Part shown: positions 20,548 to 31,900 of the stretch, one piece after another | Position numbering within the stretch: the first letter of the stretch is position 1 | Layout: every line of letters starts with the position of its first letter | Source: a virus | Length of the DNA stretch: 64,000 nucleotides | Virus record (IMG/VR): IMGVR_UViG_3300043446_003110 | Reading direction: 5' to 3' (one strand) | The notes under the pieces: generated by a model | What the model saw: the letters and a program-made list of their open reading frames with translations, nothing else | What the model was told of the DNA's origin: nothing | Database searches by the model: none | Translations under genes and position numbers: made by a program

Positions 20548-22374
20548 TTATCTATTAATCTCGTATGTCCAATTAATTTGTAAAGAATATCTACCACTAT
20601 TTGGATCCCAACTTTCCTGCGGTGGACTAATAAAATATTTTCTAATTCCGGCCTCTTGGATTGGACTATATGCGTGAATTATAGAATTAATTTGACTTTT
20701 AAATGGCTCATTAAGACTCGGCTTAGATAAAACAGATCTGTTTCTTATTCTACTCGTCAGTGTTCCACCTGTACCTTCTGAGTAATATCTATCCATTACT
20801 AAATCTATATTTAAACTTCGTTGATATTCCGTTCTGCCACCAATATATTGTAATACTGGTCCAGTTTGTCTACCTAATACTGGTATTACAGCAAATACGT
20901 CGCCGGGATATGTATCACTGCACGTTATACTTTCTGAAAGCGCGCCGCTCACAATATTCTGTATTCTAGTATCATATTCTATATCATAAGTAATTTCACC
21001 AGTAAATTCGTTAGATGCTAAAGATATCGACAGTGGAATATAATTTAATGATAAATGCGTTAAAGATTGTGCGCGACGGAATAAATAGCAATTTGGACCA
21101 TATACCCCAGTATTGCTTATCTGATGCCATTTATATAAAGCATTTTGATATGATGTGTTTAGTGGGGCAAATCCATATTGAGTAGCAGTACTAGTATTAG
21201 ATCCTCCATATTGAGTAGAACCAGCGTGAACACTAGACAATCCTTTGATAGTACCATTTATATTTACTTTATGTATTGCGGTATCAGCACTCTTAGAAAC
21301 AGAAGTATTATAATTTTCATAAGAATTACCACTAGACAATAGCCATGTATCATTTAACGTAACTGTGCCAGCTGTAGTATCAATAGATTCTGTACGAAGA
21401 TGATTATATCCACCCCATATATCTTTTGCGATATTTAAAAATCCACTACCAAAATATGGTCCTAAACTATGTTCTGGAAATTGTTCATATCCAGTTGAGT
21501 TATTTGTTGAGGTATTATCTGTGTCTTTAAGTATATAGTTGTAAATATAACTTTTTGCTTGTTGCCACGCCTCTTTGCGCTTTATATCGGATGCAGTTCC
21601 ATAATACATAGTCCTACCTGTCGCACTAATGCTGCGCGTGAGTCTATATGTACGTCTAGAAGAAATATGATTGTCATCTAAATAAGTAGGATTTGCTACT
21701 GAAGTATTTGTGGTTCCATTTCCTTCGTCTACTTCTAAAGACCAATTTTCACTAAAGTCTTCTACGAAACCGCTAGCACTTAATGCCGTGGTCAAAGAAA
21801 TTCTATTTTCATTTCTGATTGGAGTGCCAGCCGCATCTACGGGTCGAGAAGTAGAATTTGTAAGTCCGTCAGAAATTATATTGTTAGAGTTGTCTAATAA
21901 AACTTCTGCGCGTAGATTGATTGTGTATTTACAATTAGTAACATATGGCCCCTCTTCAAAACTGATAGATTCAACAATAGGATAGAATTTCAATACGGGA
22001 TTATCTGACATAATAGAATCAGAAGCATTAGAAGCACTGGCTGGTAATAATTCTATTAATTGCCCATCTTTTTTGAAAACTTCTCTGATCAAATTTTGTT
22101 TGTGTATTATAGACCCCATAGCATTGTCTACATGCACACTTTCTTTAGGCGGTCTTTCGTAATCAGTTTTAAAACTTCCTGCGGGACTCGTAGGTGTATA
22201 TCCACCTTGTGTATAAAATGGGCTACCTTCATCTGGCAATATAGTACCATTTAAAACAATACTATAATAACTACCAAGCATACCAGATTTATTTCTGATA
22301 GCATTCTGTGTAATAGAAATAAATGGAGCTGGGCGAAGAACTAATGCGGTTCCATTATAATATATAGCTAGCAT
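20548..22374 (-). CDS. Tail-tip structural protein
   Basis: 608 aa, repeated beta-strand units (ESISF..G..KYTI; ESWD...GRYSLQINWTYE); lies among the tail-tip genes. Confidence 0.55.
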   Translation of the reverse strand: MLAIYYNGTALVLRPAPFISITQNAIRNKSGMLGSYYSIVLNGTILPDEGSPFYTQGGYTPTSPAGSFKTDYERPPKESVHVDNAMGSIIHKQNLIREVFKKDGQLIELLPASASNASDSIMSDNPVLKFYPIVESISFEEGPYVTNCKYTINLRAEVLLDNSNNIISDGLTNSTSRPVDAAGTPIRNENRISLTTALSASGFVEDFSENWSLEVDEGNGTTNTSVANPTYLDDNHISSRRTYRLTRSISATGRTMYYGTASDIKRKEAWQQAKSYIYNYILKDTDNTSTNNSTGYEQFPEHSLGPYFGSGFLNIAKDIWGGYNHLRTESIDTTAGTVTLNDTWLLSSGNSYENYNTSVSKSADTAIHKVNINGTIKGLSSVHAGSTQYGGSNTSTATQYGFAPLNTSYQNALYKWHQISNTGVYGPNCYLFRRAQSLTHLSLNYIPLSISLASNEFTGEITYDIEYDTRIQNIVSGALSESITCSDTYPGDVFAVIPVLGRQTGPVLQYIGGRTEYQRSLNIDLVMDRYYSEGTGGTLTSRIRNRSVLSKPSLNEPFKSQINSIIHAYSPIQEAGIRKYFISPPQESWDPNSGRYSLQINWTYEINR

Positions 22375-25300
22375 TATTTACCTCTTACACTTAAGTTAAG
22401 AACGTCGATTAGACTTCCTATCCCGCTAGAATATAAATTCAAATACTCTATAGAAGATCCAGATGCACATTCTGCGAATAAATTCAATCCAGATGGAGAT
22501 GCAGAAATATCACCGGATTTTACATAATTGTACAGTCCTAATGTATTATACACATATGCAGAATTTTCCACATCTATAATTAATGGTAATTGTGAACTTG
22601 GTGGTATATGGCCACAATCCACACGTAAAGAAAGAGAATCATCAACCAATTTTCCATATTGATAATGCCCATAAACAGATTCAATATATGGCCTATGTGA
22701 TATAAAGCCTTTTGGGGCAAAATCTTGTCCAGAAACTTCTATAAATATTTCGCCTTTTGACGTAGTTACTACAATTCCACTATTATAATATTTAACATTA
22801 TTACCTATATTAGAAAATTGTAGAGGAACTGTGGGATTATTATTAACATCTCTATATCCAAATACTTTTGCGGATATCCAAGCCCCAGTGCTTGGCAAAG
22901 AAGGCTTTTGTGATTTTAGCATGATGTCTTTTGCGTATGCAACACCAACATTTGTAACAGTCCCAGATGCAAAATTACATCCAGCAAATATACAATAATC
23001 TGCATCACTTCTGTATGGCTTAGTTGGCCTAGTCAAATAAACAGTTCTGCCAAATCTTTCTCCACTGGGTTGATCATGCAATGATACCACTTTTTCAACT
23101 AACTTCCAAGATTGTTGTTTATTTTCCCAATCTGAAATTTTATTTTCGTATAGATATATTGCACCCATATTGTGTTGATATGCGTCATTAATAGATAAAG
23201 AATCTCTAATGCCAGAATATCCTAAATCATATATATTTCTTTTTGGTATATCAAATTGAGGATTGAAATTTTTTCTGGCAAATGATCCTTGTGAATATAT
23301 ATTTTCATAATAACTATTATAACTATGGTTTGGAGCGCCAACAATGATGGTATCATATTGCATATCTACAGAATGACCAAATTGATCAGAATATGTATTT
23401 ATTCCGCTGAGTTGTCCTTTGAGTGATGATGGTTTTAATTTAGATGTTGCTAACCATTTGTTATTTATTGATTTATCAAACATGTATACAGCACCAGCAC
23501 CCCCATCATTTCCTAAACTAAGAGGAATGCCGCTATACCAAGGTGATAATGAATCTTCAGTAAATGCCGAGAATGGAGATCCAATTAATACTTTTTCACC
23601 GCGCACACATACTGAATATCCAAATAAATCTCCGGGATATCCAGATGGGAATTTGTCAAAATCAAGATAATCATATCCCTTTTCGTGTAATATAAGTGGT
23701 AATCCGCCTCCTATAGAAGCATCGTAATAAGTTTTCCCATCTATTACTCCACTAATTCTAGATGTAGCAGAATATTTGGTTTGACTAACTAAAAACCCGC
23801 TAATAAAAATGTTTTTTATATATGCACGAATTTTATCATCTTGTACATCTTCCCATGGTAATTCTGGTCGCTTAACATTATCAAATAAATATCTAGATTC
23901 ATAGGGATTAATTGCATTTAAGGGCGCATCAGATGAATTTCCAAAATTTTTATTAAGTCCTAATTCTGGAGAATTTAAATGATATTTGCTTGGACTTCCT
24001 CTTTGTGGAGAAATTATTTTATTGTAAACATCAAAGTGTCTACCATATTCTAAAGATGTAAATTCAGTTTCTGGATAAAGACTTCTTAAAAATTCATACG
24101 TATCTTGTGGAAGTCGATTGTCTTCTCCTAAAACATATCTACCTTGTAAAATACTTGAGTCAGTTATAACAGTTATTCTAGATCTGGCATAACCAGCATC
24201 AAATTGAGAAAATGTTTCCATCTGTTGTGCGGCAACAACTGGGCCATCTTCTATCAATTTATGTCCTAAGAATTGGCAACTTTTAGTACAGTATTTAGTA
24301 TTATCAGTACTTATACTTCTAATTACTTTAATAGTCTCTTTGTATTCTGGTTTTGCTTCTGATTCTATATAGTATGATACTCCAACCGGTATTGATTTAT
24401 TATTTGGAACAGCTTTTTGATATATTGGAATTAATGTACCAGATACTCCAATAAGTCTTACGCTCTTTGGCTGTCGGTCATTACTTAATCTTGCTCTTAC
24501 GCATGAAATATAGACACTAATATTATCAGTATCTCCAACCTGTAAATCAGCATAGCATGAACTATCACATTTTATAGTAGGAACGCTAGATCTAATATAT
24601 CTAGATCCATACGGTTGTCTGTCCGTATCTAATTCTACTATATCTCTAAGTATAATATCTGGATATGGAGAATCTGCAAATGCAGATGCATCTTCTACGT
24701 CGGCTGATAAATATTCATATTCATTTGGATTTTGAGAATCTGTAGTAATAAATAGTCTATATCCAGATCCGGGTAAAACTGGAAAGTTAATCTGAACTAT
24801 GCCGGGATTTAATTCCCAATTATTGCTGTTATATTCTCTTGGAATTTCATCGTATAGAGGCTTATCATAATAAATGAGTGGAACCGCACCTTCATTTTTT
24901 TTGAAAGCATACATTCCCATATATGGAGTAGTGCTAATAAAATAGTTCGTAGATTTACTCTTAGAAACATTTATGAAAGAATCTCCACCAACTTGATGAT
25001 CAGTGTTAACCCATAATAAACCAAAAAAGTGTTTGTGATATGAAAAATCATATTTTTGTATCAATTCTAATTGGATCCCTAGCAATGAGCATAAATTTTT
25101 GGCATGATTAATACCATCTATAGTATCTTCGGTAGTAATAACTAATTTTTTGTTTCCAGCTGACAACCAAGTACTTAAATTTCTCAATTGAGACTCTGAT
25201 ATCTCGCCGTTTATGTTTGGTAGCCAAGCAACATTATACTTGTTAAATAGTGTTGATACATTTAAGTCTACATTATTCCATGCATTCAACGCATCTCTCA

Positions 25301-28300
25301 ATAGTGAACGTTCATATCCGTCCACAAAAGATGTGCGACCATTCCAATTCAATTGTGCTATATTAGATTCACCAAACCTAGAACGAGATGAAGATACTAG
25401 ATTTTGATAAAATAATATGTTGTCATCATTAAAACCTTGTTTTAAATCGGCTTCAACTTTTACATTTGGTATAACAACAATTTTAGAACTAGTATTTTGT
25501 TTGTAAGAATATTCTAGAACAAGATAAATTTTATCTGATAATTCTTCTTTTTGTATATATGGAATAATATCAACTTTTGGAGTTGCTTTTGCCTGTAGTA
25601 CGCCACCAAGTTCATCAGATGGTTTGTAAAATAAGTTGGCATCTGTTCTGCCAGTTATATTATATTCTACAAAATTATAATCAATACCTTCTTCACTATC
25701 TAGACTATAAGAAAAATTAGCTTGATCATTGATAGGACTACCCAAGTCATAATATACCGTAGCTCCATCTGTTACGGTTTCATACTCTATTCTGATACCG
25801 GAAATAGCTGGAATAGCTGGATATATTATTTCTTGATCTACTTTTTCGGCAGCTGCTAATAATGGTATAGGTTCTTGATTCTTTGTTGGAGAATCTGGAG
25901 AATTATTTACGCTACAGTCTGGAACATAAGATCCAAAAATAAATGGCCAATTTTTTTGATAAATTACTGGAACTGAACCTCTAACTGTTTGTTTGCAACA
26001 GAGTTCATTCCATTCTGCTCTTAAATCACCATAATTTCTGAGTGGCATTTGACATTTAGTTTGAATCTGTACCTTTTCTGGTGACATCGGATCGCACAAT
26101 GAAACTTCTTCACATGGCATTTCCTCGTCGTAATCAAATACTATTTTTATATCTGCTACACCACTACCCCTAACTGGTGAACGTTTTATATAAGTTGAAG
26201 TAGATCCTCTTGGTATAAATGATGGAACTATATTATTAAATGTAGTATATCCATCTGGCAAAGATTCATATTGGTTTCTAGCCGGAACAATTCTCATATT
26301 TGATTTTAATCGTGCTAATAACTTGTTAATAATATCATTAGATTTAGCATAAATTCCACTAGCTTCCCATCTTGGATCATTGCCAACAAGAACTAAGTGC
26401 CTATCACCTAAAGCCAACCAGCTCTCTATACTTTCAAAAATAGTGTCACTTAACCTATCTTCGGCTGGGGTAATAATAAAAACTAATCCAGCTTCTCGGG
26501 GTATATTCAAATTTTCTTGGAATGGAGTTTTAGTAAAGTTTTTATCTACAAATATACCACTTAAATATCCAAAACATCCAGAGTCAGCAGTATTTGCACT
26601 AATATTTTCGTGTAAATTTCCAAAAGCACCGTATTCAATAGCAGTGCTATGTGGATAATATTTACGAGATTCAAATATATGGGCAGAACCGGCGTATAAA
26701 CTAGACGCCCATGAAGGTGTAATTTTTCCTGCTAAATTGCTATCTGGATCTGGATCTAAATATGTAGCAGAATAACTTTTACCGCCATAAGACCCATCAG
26801 TATAATATACATCAGTATCATTATATAGATTTAAGCTATCAGTTGGCGCACCAGCAACTACAACGCTACCGTCTTCATTTACATCTACGCTGTATCCTAA
26901 TCTCGCCGTAGGTGCATATGTATCTGTAATAAATTTCCAACTACCCAAAGCTTGAATATTACTATATGAAAAATTATGAACATTTTTGTATTCTTGTATG
27001 TCATTATCTAATCTGACAAAAAATTTATCTTCTTGATCCAAGGATAAATATAATTCATGTTTTGCTTTTATTCCCTGTGCGGCATTAGCATAATATTTTT
27101 CTAATTGTTGAAAATATTTCTGTTTTCTTTTACTTTCTACCCATGGTATTAACGCATCGTCAAACAGTCTTTCTCTAGCTTCATAATCTCTTTCATATAT
27201 TTTTACGGCTTGTGATATGTATGGAGATCCTATTGCAATTACTTCTCCATTGTCACTAATACTAACAGCATGACCAAATCTATCATAATATTCTGATGAA
27301 ATATTGGGGGATCTAATTTCTTGTATCAAATTCCATGCGCCACTTTCTTTCTCAAAAATATAAACCTTACCTCCACTGTCTGGTGGAATGTTAAAATTTT
27401 TGTCATACTTGTTGAATTGTCCAACATTAGTAGAAAATAATTTAGCTTGATTTTTTTGAACTAATTTTCCAGTGTCTAATACTTCATCTATTATATATTG
27501 AGACATTTCGATCCAATCTATGTCTCCTTCTGTCTCAAATTCTGCCACATAACCGGAAGCGGGGACTCCAAAAAAATCTTTGACACCACTAGAAAAAGTA
27601 TATTGTTTGTAAAAATCAATAAAATTGTCAATTGCTGGCTGCAAAGCTTCTTTTCCGCCAACCCCGTTGCTTCCATCGTAGGCAATTCCTAGTAATGGTG
27701 GCAATCCACTATTAATAGCAGTATTTGAATAAGGAAAAGCTTCTAAAAATCCAGATTTTATACCACTAAAAGTGTTTAGTATTGTTTCTTGTGATAGTGG
27801 ATATCCTTCATTTTTTTTGATTCGCTTGAGCGTGATAAATGATGGCATATCTGGAAATTGAGCGTCTGGCTCATTGGGATCATTGGTAACTGCATAAATC
27901 ACTATTTTAAGATCAAATCTTACTCTAGGAGTTGCAAAGTATTTAAATACAACATCTTTTGTATACAAATGCTTAAGAACAGTATCATATGTAAAATATA
28001 CCAGACTTTGTTTTATTATAACAGGTATTTCATGTTTGAATTCAGAATTATCTACAAATAACATTATACCAACAGATACTGGTGTTGGCTCGTCTTCTTC
28101 AAATGTACGTGTCCATCTAGCACCGACCCCGCCGACTACAACAATTTCTTGTCTATTTTCTCCTATAGATTTTATCTTATCATTGATTGAAACATCTACT
28201 GAATGACCGAACTGCCTTCCGTCTTGACCAACATGCCATGAAGTTTGAATTCCTTCAAAATTTGATGGTAAACCATTTATTTGAATTTTTTGTTCTATCC

Positions 28301-28904
28301 CATAATCTCCAAATAGTCCAGATGGTAATGTTAATTCTTTTTCAAGTATCCAAGATGATTTATAGTTATCTAATGGCCAATCTATTGTGTTTGGACGAGG
28401 ATTTCTACGATATAAGAATACTTTACCAGCATTTTCAAAAATAACTCCACCAGAAGTAACGGGAATTTTTGGACACCCAACAGCAAGAAGATCTTCTTTT
28501 GATGCTATTGATTTTGCAAATTCTCCACCTTGAATAGTGTTACTGTCTATTCTAAATCCTGAGTAATCAGAACTTATTTTATCATCTGGGTTTTTATTAT
28601 ATTCTACTTCTATGATTTCTGTTGGTATTTTTATTGCAGCTTCTGAACCAGATTTACCGGTTATATTAACAACGTAAGGAAGATTTGGAGCCAATCCGCT
28701 GTATTTTCTTATTCCATAAAAGTGTCCGCTGTACGAAAATGGTTCGTAGATAGTGGTGCCGTTTTCAGTATGCTTAAAACCACTAGCAAAAGAAAGATTA
28801 GTATATGTGTTCTTAGGACGAAATACTCCACCGTCAACACAAATTTCTGGATAATACCATTTAACACCATGAATATCAACTATGGCCTCTGTGCAGCGAC
28901 TCAT
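22374..28904 (-). CDS. FG-GAP (integrin-alpha-like beta-propeller) virion protein
   Basis: Seven FG..V...GxP-type repeats (EFAKSI, QFGHSV, RFGHAV, RLGYSV, LFGYSV, QFGHSV, RFGRTV), most followed by G.VY.F/Y strands. Confidence 0.8.
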   Translation of the reverse strand: MSRCTEAIVDIHGVKWYYPEICVDGGVFRPKNTYTNLSFASGFKHTENGTTIYEPFSYSGHFYGIRKYSGLAPNLPYVVNITGKSGSEAAIKIPTEIIEVEYNKNPDDKISSDYSGFRIDSNTIQGGEFAKSIASKEDLLAVGCPKIPVTSGGVIFENAGKVFLYRRNPRPNTIDWPLDNYKSSWILEKELTLPSGLFGDYGIEQKIQINGLPSNFEGIQTSWHVGQDGRQFGHSVDVSINDKIKSIGENRQEIVVVGGVGARWTRTFEEDEPTPVSVGIMLFVDNSEFKHEIPVIIKQSLVYFTYDTVLKHLYTKDVVFKYFATPRVRFDLKIVIYAVTNDPNEPDAQFPDMPSFITLKRIKKNEGYPLSQETILNTFSGIKSGFLEAFPYSNTAINSGLPPLLGIAYDGSNGVGGKEALQPAIDNFIDFYKQYTFSSGVKDFFGVPASGYVAEFETEGDIDWIEMSQYIIDEVLDTGKLVQKNQAKLFSTNVGQFNKYDKNFNIPPDSGGKVYIFEKESGAWNLIQEIRSPNISSEYYDRFGHAVSISDNGEVIAIGSPYISQAVKIYERDYEARERLFDDALIPWVESKRKQKYFQQLEKYYANAAQGIKAKHELYLSLDQEDKFFVRLDNDIQEYKNVHNFSYSNIQALGSWKFITDTYAPTARLGYSVDVNEDGSVVVAGAPTDSLNLYNDTDVYYTDGSYGGKSYSATYLDPDPDSNLAGKITPSWASSLYAGSAHIFESRKYYPHSTAIEYGAFGNLHENISANTADSGCFGYLSGIFVDKNFTKTPFQENLNIPREAGLVFIITPAEDRLSDTIFESIESWLALGDRHLVLVGNDPRWEASGIYAKSNDIINKLLARLKSNMRIVPARNQYESLPDGYTTFNNIVPSFIPRGSTSTYIKRSPVRGSGVADIKIVFDYDEEMPCEEVSLCDPMSPEKVQIQTKCQMPLRNYGDLRAEWNELCCKQTVRGSVPVIYQKNWPFIFGSYVPDCSVNNSPDSPTKNQEPIPLLAAAEKVDQEIIYPAIPAISGIRIEYETVTDGATVYYDLGSPINDQANFSYSLDSEEGIDYNFVEYNITGRTDANLFYKPSDELGGVLQAKATPKVDIIPYIQKEELSDKIYLVLEYSYKQNTSSKIVVIPNVKVEADLKQGFNDDNILFYQNLVSSSRSRFGESNIAQLNWNGRTSFVDGYERSLLRDALNAWNNVDLNVSTLFNKYNVAWLPNINGEISESQLRNLSTWLSAGNKKLVITTEDTIDGINHAKNLCSLLGIQLELIQKYDFSYHKHFFGLLWVNTDHQVGGDSFINVSKSKSTNYFISTTPYMGMYAFKKNEGAVPLIYYDKPLYDEIPREYNSNNWELNPGIVQINFPVLPGSGYRLFITTDSQNPNEYEYLSADVEDASAFADSPYPDIILRDIVELDTDRQPYGSRYIRSSVPTIKCDSSCYADLQVGDTDNISVYISCVRARLSNDRQPKSVRLIGVSGTLIPIYQKAVPNNKSIPVGVSYYIESEAKPEYKETIKVIRSISTDNTKYCTKSCQFLGHKLIEDGPVVAAQQMETFSQFDAGYARSRITVITDSSILQGRYVLGEDNRLPQDTYEFLRSLYPETEFTSLEYGRHFDVYNKIISPQRGSPSKYHLNSPELGLNKNFGNSSDAPLNAINPYESRYLFDNVKRPELPWEDVQDDKIRAYIKNIFISGFLVSQTKYSATSRISGVIDGKTYYDASIGGGLPLILHEKGYDYLDFDKFPSGYPGDLFGYSVCVRGEKVLIGSPFSAFTEDSLSPWYSGIPLSLGNDGGAGAVYMFDKSINNKWLATSKLKPSSLKGQLSGINTYSDQFGHSVDMQYDTIIVGAPNHSYNSYYENIYSQGSFARKNFNPQFDIPKRNIYDLGYSGIRDSLSINDAYQHNMGAIYLYENKISDWENKQQSWKLVEKVVSLHDQPSGERFGRTVYLTRPTKPYRSDADYCIFAGCNFASGTVTNVGVAYAKDIMLKSQKPSLPSTGAWISAKVFGYRDVNNNPTVPLQFSNIGNNVKYYNSGIVVTTSKGEIFIEVSGQDFAPKGFISHRPYIESVYGHYQYGKLVDDSLSLRVDCGHIPPSSQLPLIIDVENSAYVYNTLGLYNYVKSGDISASPSGLNLFAECASGSSIEYLNLYSSGIGSLIDVLNLSVRGK

Positions 28905-31900
28905 TGTTTACAACCTCCGTAGCAGATCAAATCCGTTCCTCTTATGTTATCATCAGAATCAACATATGCATAAACATTATCCACAGATGTAATACCTTGA
29001 CCAATATTATCGCTATCCCACTTAATAGTTGCGCTGGTAGAAGCTAATGAATCTGATATTGGATAATTGAGTGTAACCAGCGGTAAATTACCAGACGCAT
29101 TAAATAAATCTGGAATGAATCCAGAAAGGTGTAGCCCAATTGATCCGCTGGCATTATTTACTATTACATCATTATTATACACATATAATGGCATAGTTGA
29201 AAATGGGTATGCATTTATAGATTTATTAATACCTTTAATTCTAAGAGATATATTATCATCTATAATCACAGATCCAGTTGGACTTAATGCGACGAAATTC
29301 AAGGAATTGCTTGCACTAAATGCCATGCCGCTGGTATATAGTGGTAAGGTGCTTTCAGTCATGAACTCTCCACTAACATATAGCGACATACCCTTGAGTG
29401 GAGATGATCCAAATAGTCCAGCGAATATTTGTTCACTACTATCAACAACGCCATTGCCAATAGTAAATAAATTTAGTGTTTTCGGTGGTACATAAAATCC
29501 ACTGCTATCAAGAAAAATATTTAGCCTATCATTTAGTGGTATGGGTAAATGACCCTTAGTGACCAGATTTATATAATTTGGACTAGCTTCAATTACCGTG
29601 CCATCTTCTGGAGCAAACAAATTCATTATTCCAAATTGATAATATGCTCCACTCACATGTAGAGATAATGGAGTGACGGTGCTGGAGTATTCACCTAAAA
29701 AGATAGCATTATCAGATCTAATATTAGTATTATGTATTTTAATCTTAGATTTATATGGTGCGCCAGATGGATATACAACATCATATTGTAAAAACATTTG
29801 ATTAATGTCATCTACAAAATATGTTTCTTTGAATTCTTTGCTATATATTTCTTCAGTAAAAATAGCCCATGGTTCAGATTTATCAAGAATATCATCAAAA
29901 GTTAATCTACTAGTAATCTTCCTTATGCAACCAGATGGCTCTAGATAATGAATTGATCTATTGACAAGTCCAAGAGACTTGCTTTTCATATATGGGTTAT
30001 CTTTTGTTGGCGTATACAAACTGATTATTAATTTTGCGCCAACATTGTTATCTGGCCATATAAAGTCATTATTTGTTTCATGTTCTATTACCGTGTCAAC
30101 AAATAAAGCTTTTTCTTTGAAATTGTATCCTTTTGGTAAATTTTTAGAAATTCTTGGAGCTATAGCATGGAATCTATTTATATCTAAATCATCTATATTA
30201 GATAGATCTAGTCTTAAAAAGTCATTTTCAATTTGAGTATGGTATGAAACTCCAGATAAATATATGTTTGATGGCAATAGTTTATCAGTATATTGAGAGT
30301 AACCAGATCCATGGTGATTTAAACTAAAAGTAATGTAGTCTTTACCTTCTCTCTTAGTATAACGATCAAATGATGGAGAAAATTGACATATTTTGAATGC
30401 ACCAAGTTTCCATTTTGAAATATCATCGTCAATGTTTTCACCAAGCACTTTGTAAGAATCAAAAAAGTCTTTAGCTGTAATTTGATTAATGAATCTATCT
30501 GGATTTGATTGTAAGATATTACAAAAAGCATTGGAGCATCCAATTTCGTGCAAAAACATTGGAAGGGCCGGATAGGTTGTAAAGTTTTGAGAAAAACCTA
30601 TACGTAAAGTTGGATTATTAGATAAAATATATGTTTCTATTGATTCTGATTCTGCTCGTAAATATTCAAAAGATAAATTTGAACTATTATCAGTATAGAG
30701 TTTGTATTTATATGATAGTCCATCATCATTATATGTAATTAAAATAGGTATGGGAAATTGATAATTTGATATTGGTATGGTATCTGTTATTGTTACAATA
30801 GTATCATCTGATTTTCTTATTTTCAGTTTTAATATACCGTTTTCGCAGATTAACGCTAAAGAATATTTGTTATTATTTTCATAAGATAATATAACGCAGT
30901 TATTCAAATCATTTGTAGAGACTTTATCTGGACTAAATCTAATAAATAGTGCAAATCCTAAGATATTGTTTGCATTGCCGCCATCGTCAAATGAGTTATT
31001 ATTTAATGCATAAAATTCTAATGAATTTGCAGATGATATTCTAGCAGATCTATCAAAGGCATCGAATATATTACTTGACCAAGAGGTAGATTTGTAATCA
31101 GTAGTAATGCCATCTATCAATTGATCTGATGAATACCTCCAACCAAAATTAGAAAGTATATTTAAAGATGTTGCAGATTGTCCAATTAAATTATTTTTAT
31201 GATCATATATGTCAGCATCATCTATATTAGTAAAATCTACATATGATGTTAAAAATGGAGTATCAGACTGTTTATGATTAAATGAAAAATCAAATTCATA
31301 ACGAGAAAAGTCACCACCACTAAAAATATCTCCAGTATTTCCTCTCCATCTCCTAGCTAGATTAGATGACAAGTAATCTGGACTTGAAAAACCTATTGGT
31401 ATACCACTTACTTGCTTGTCGCTTGTAATTGTTCCTTGACCTTCTGGAAACAAAATAATAGATTTTTGAATAGCATTTTTATTAGACGGGCTTCCAATAG
31501 TATGCATCATCAACGCATTGGCTGGCTTGTAATATACATTTAAGCTAACATAAGATATTGATGCTCCACTTGGTATTGGACAAATATCTAAATATAGGTG
31601 TTCAAAGTATGGACTTAATGAATATTTTGTGTATCCTAATTTTCGTGGATTTTGATAAATCTCTAGTGGTACAATATATTCTTTGAACTCTGTACTATCT
31701 ACAGTTACTAAATTGCTGACAACATAATGATCACCAAGGGGAGAAACATCATAATTAAAATAATCTGAAAAATCAGATATGCTACTATTTGATAAACCAT
31801 AATTGTTATTTAATAAACCAGAGACATTTGGAACATTATTTTGGTTAAATACTAATGAACCACTATTTTGTAAGAATCCCCCAATTGGGCTTGTAACGTA

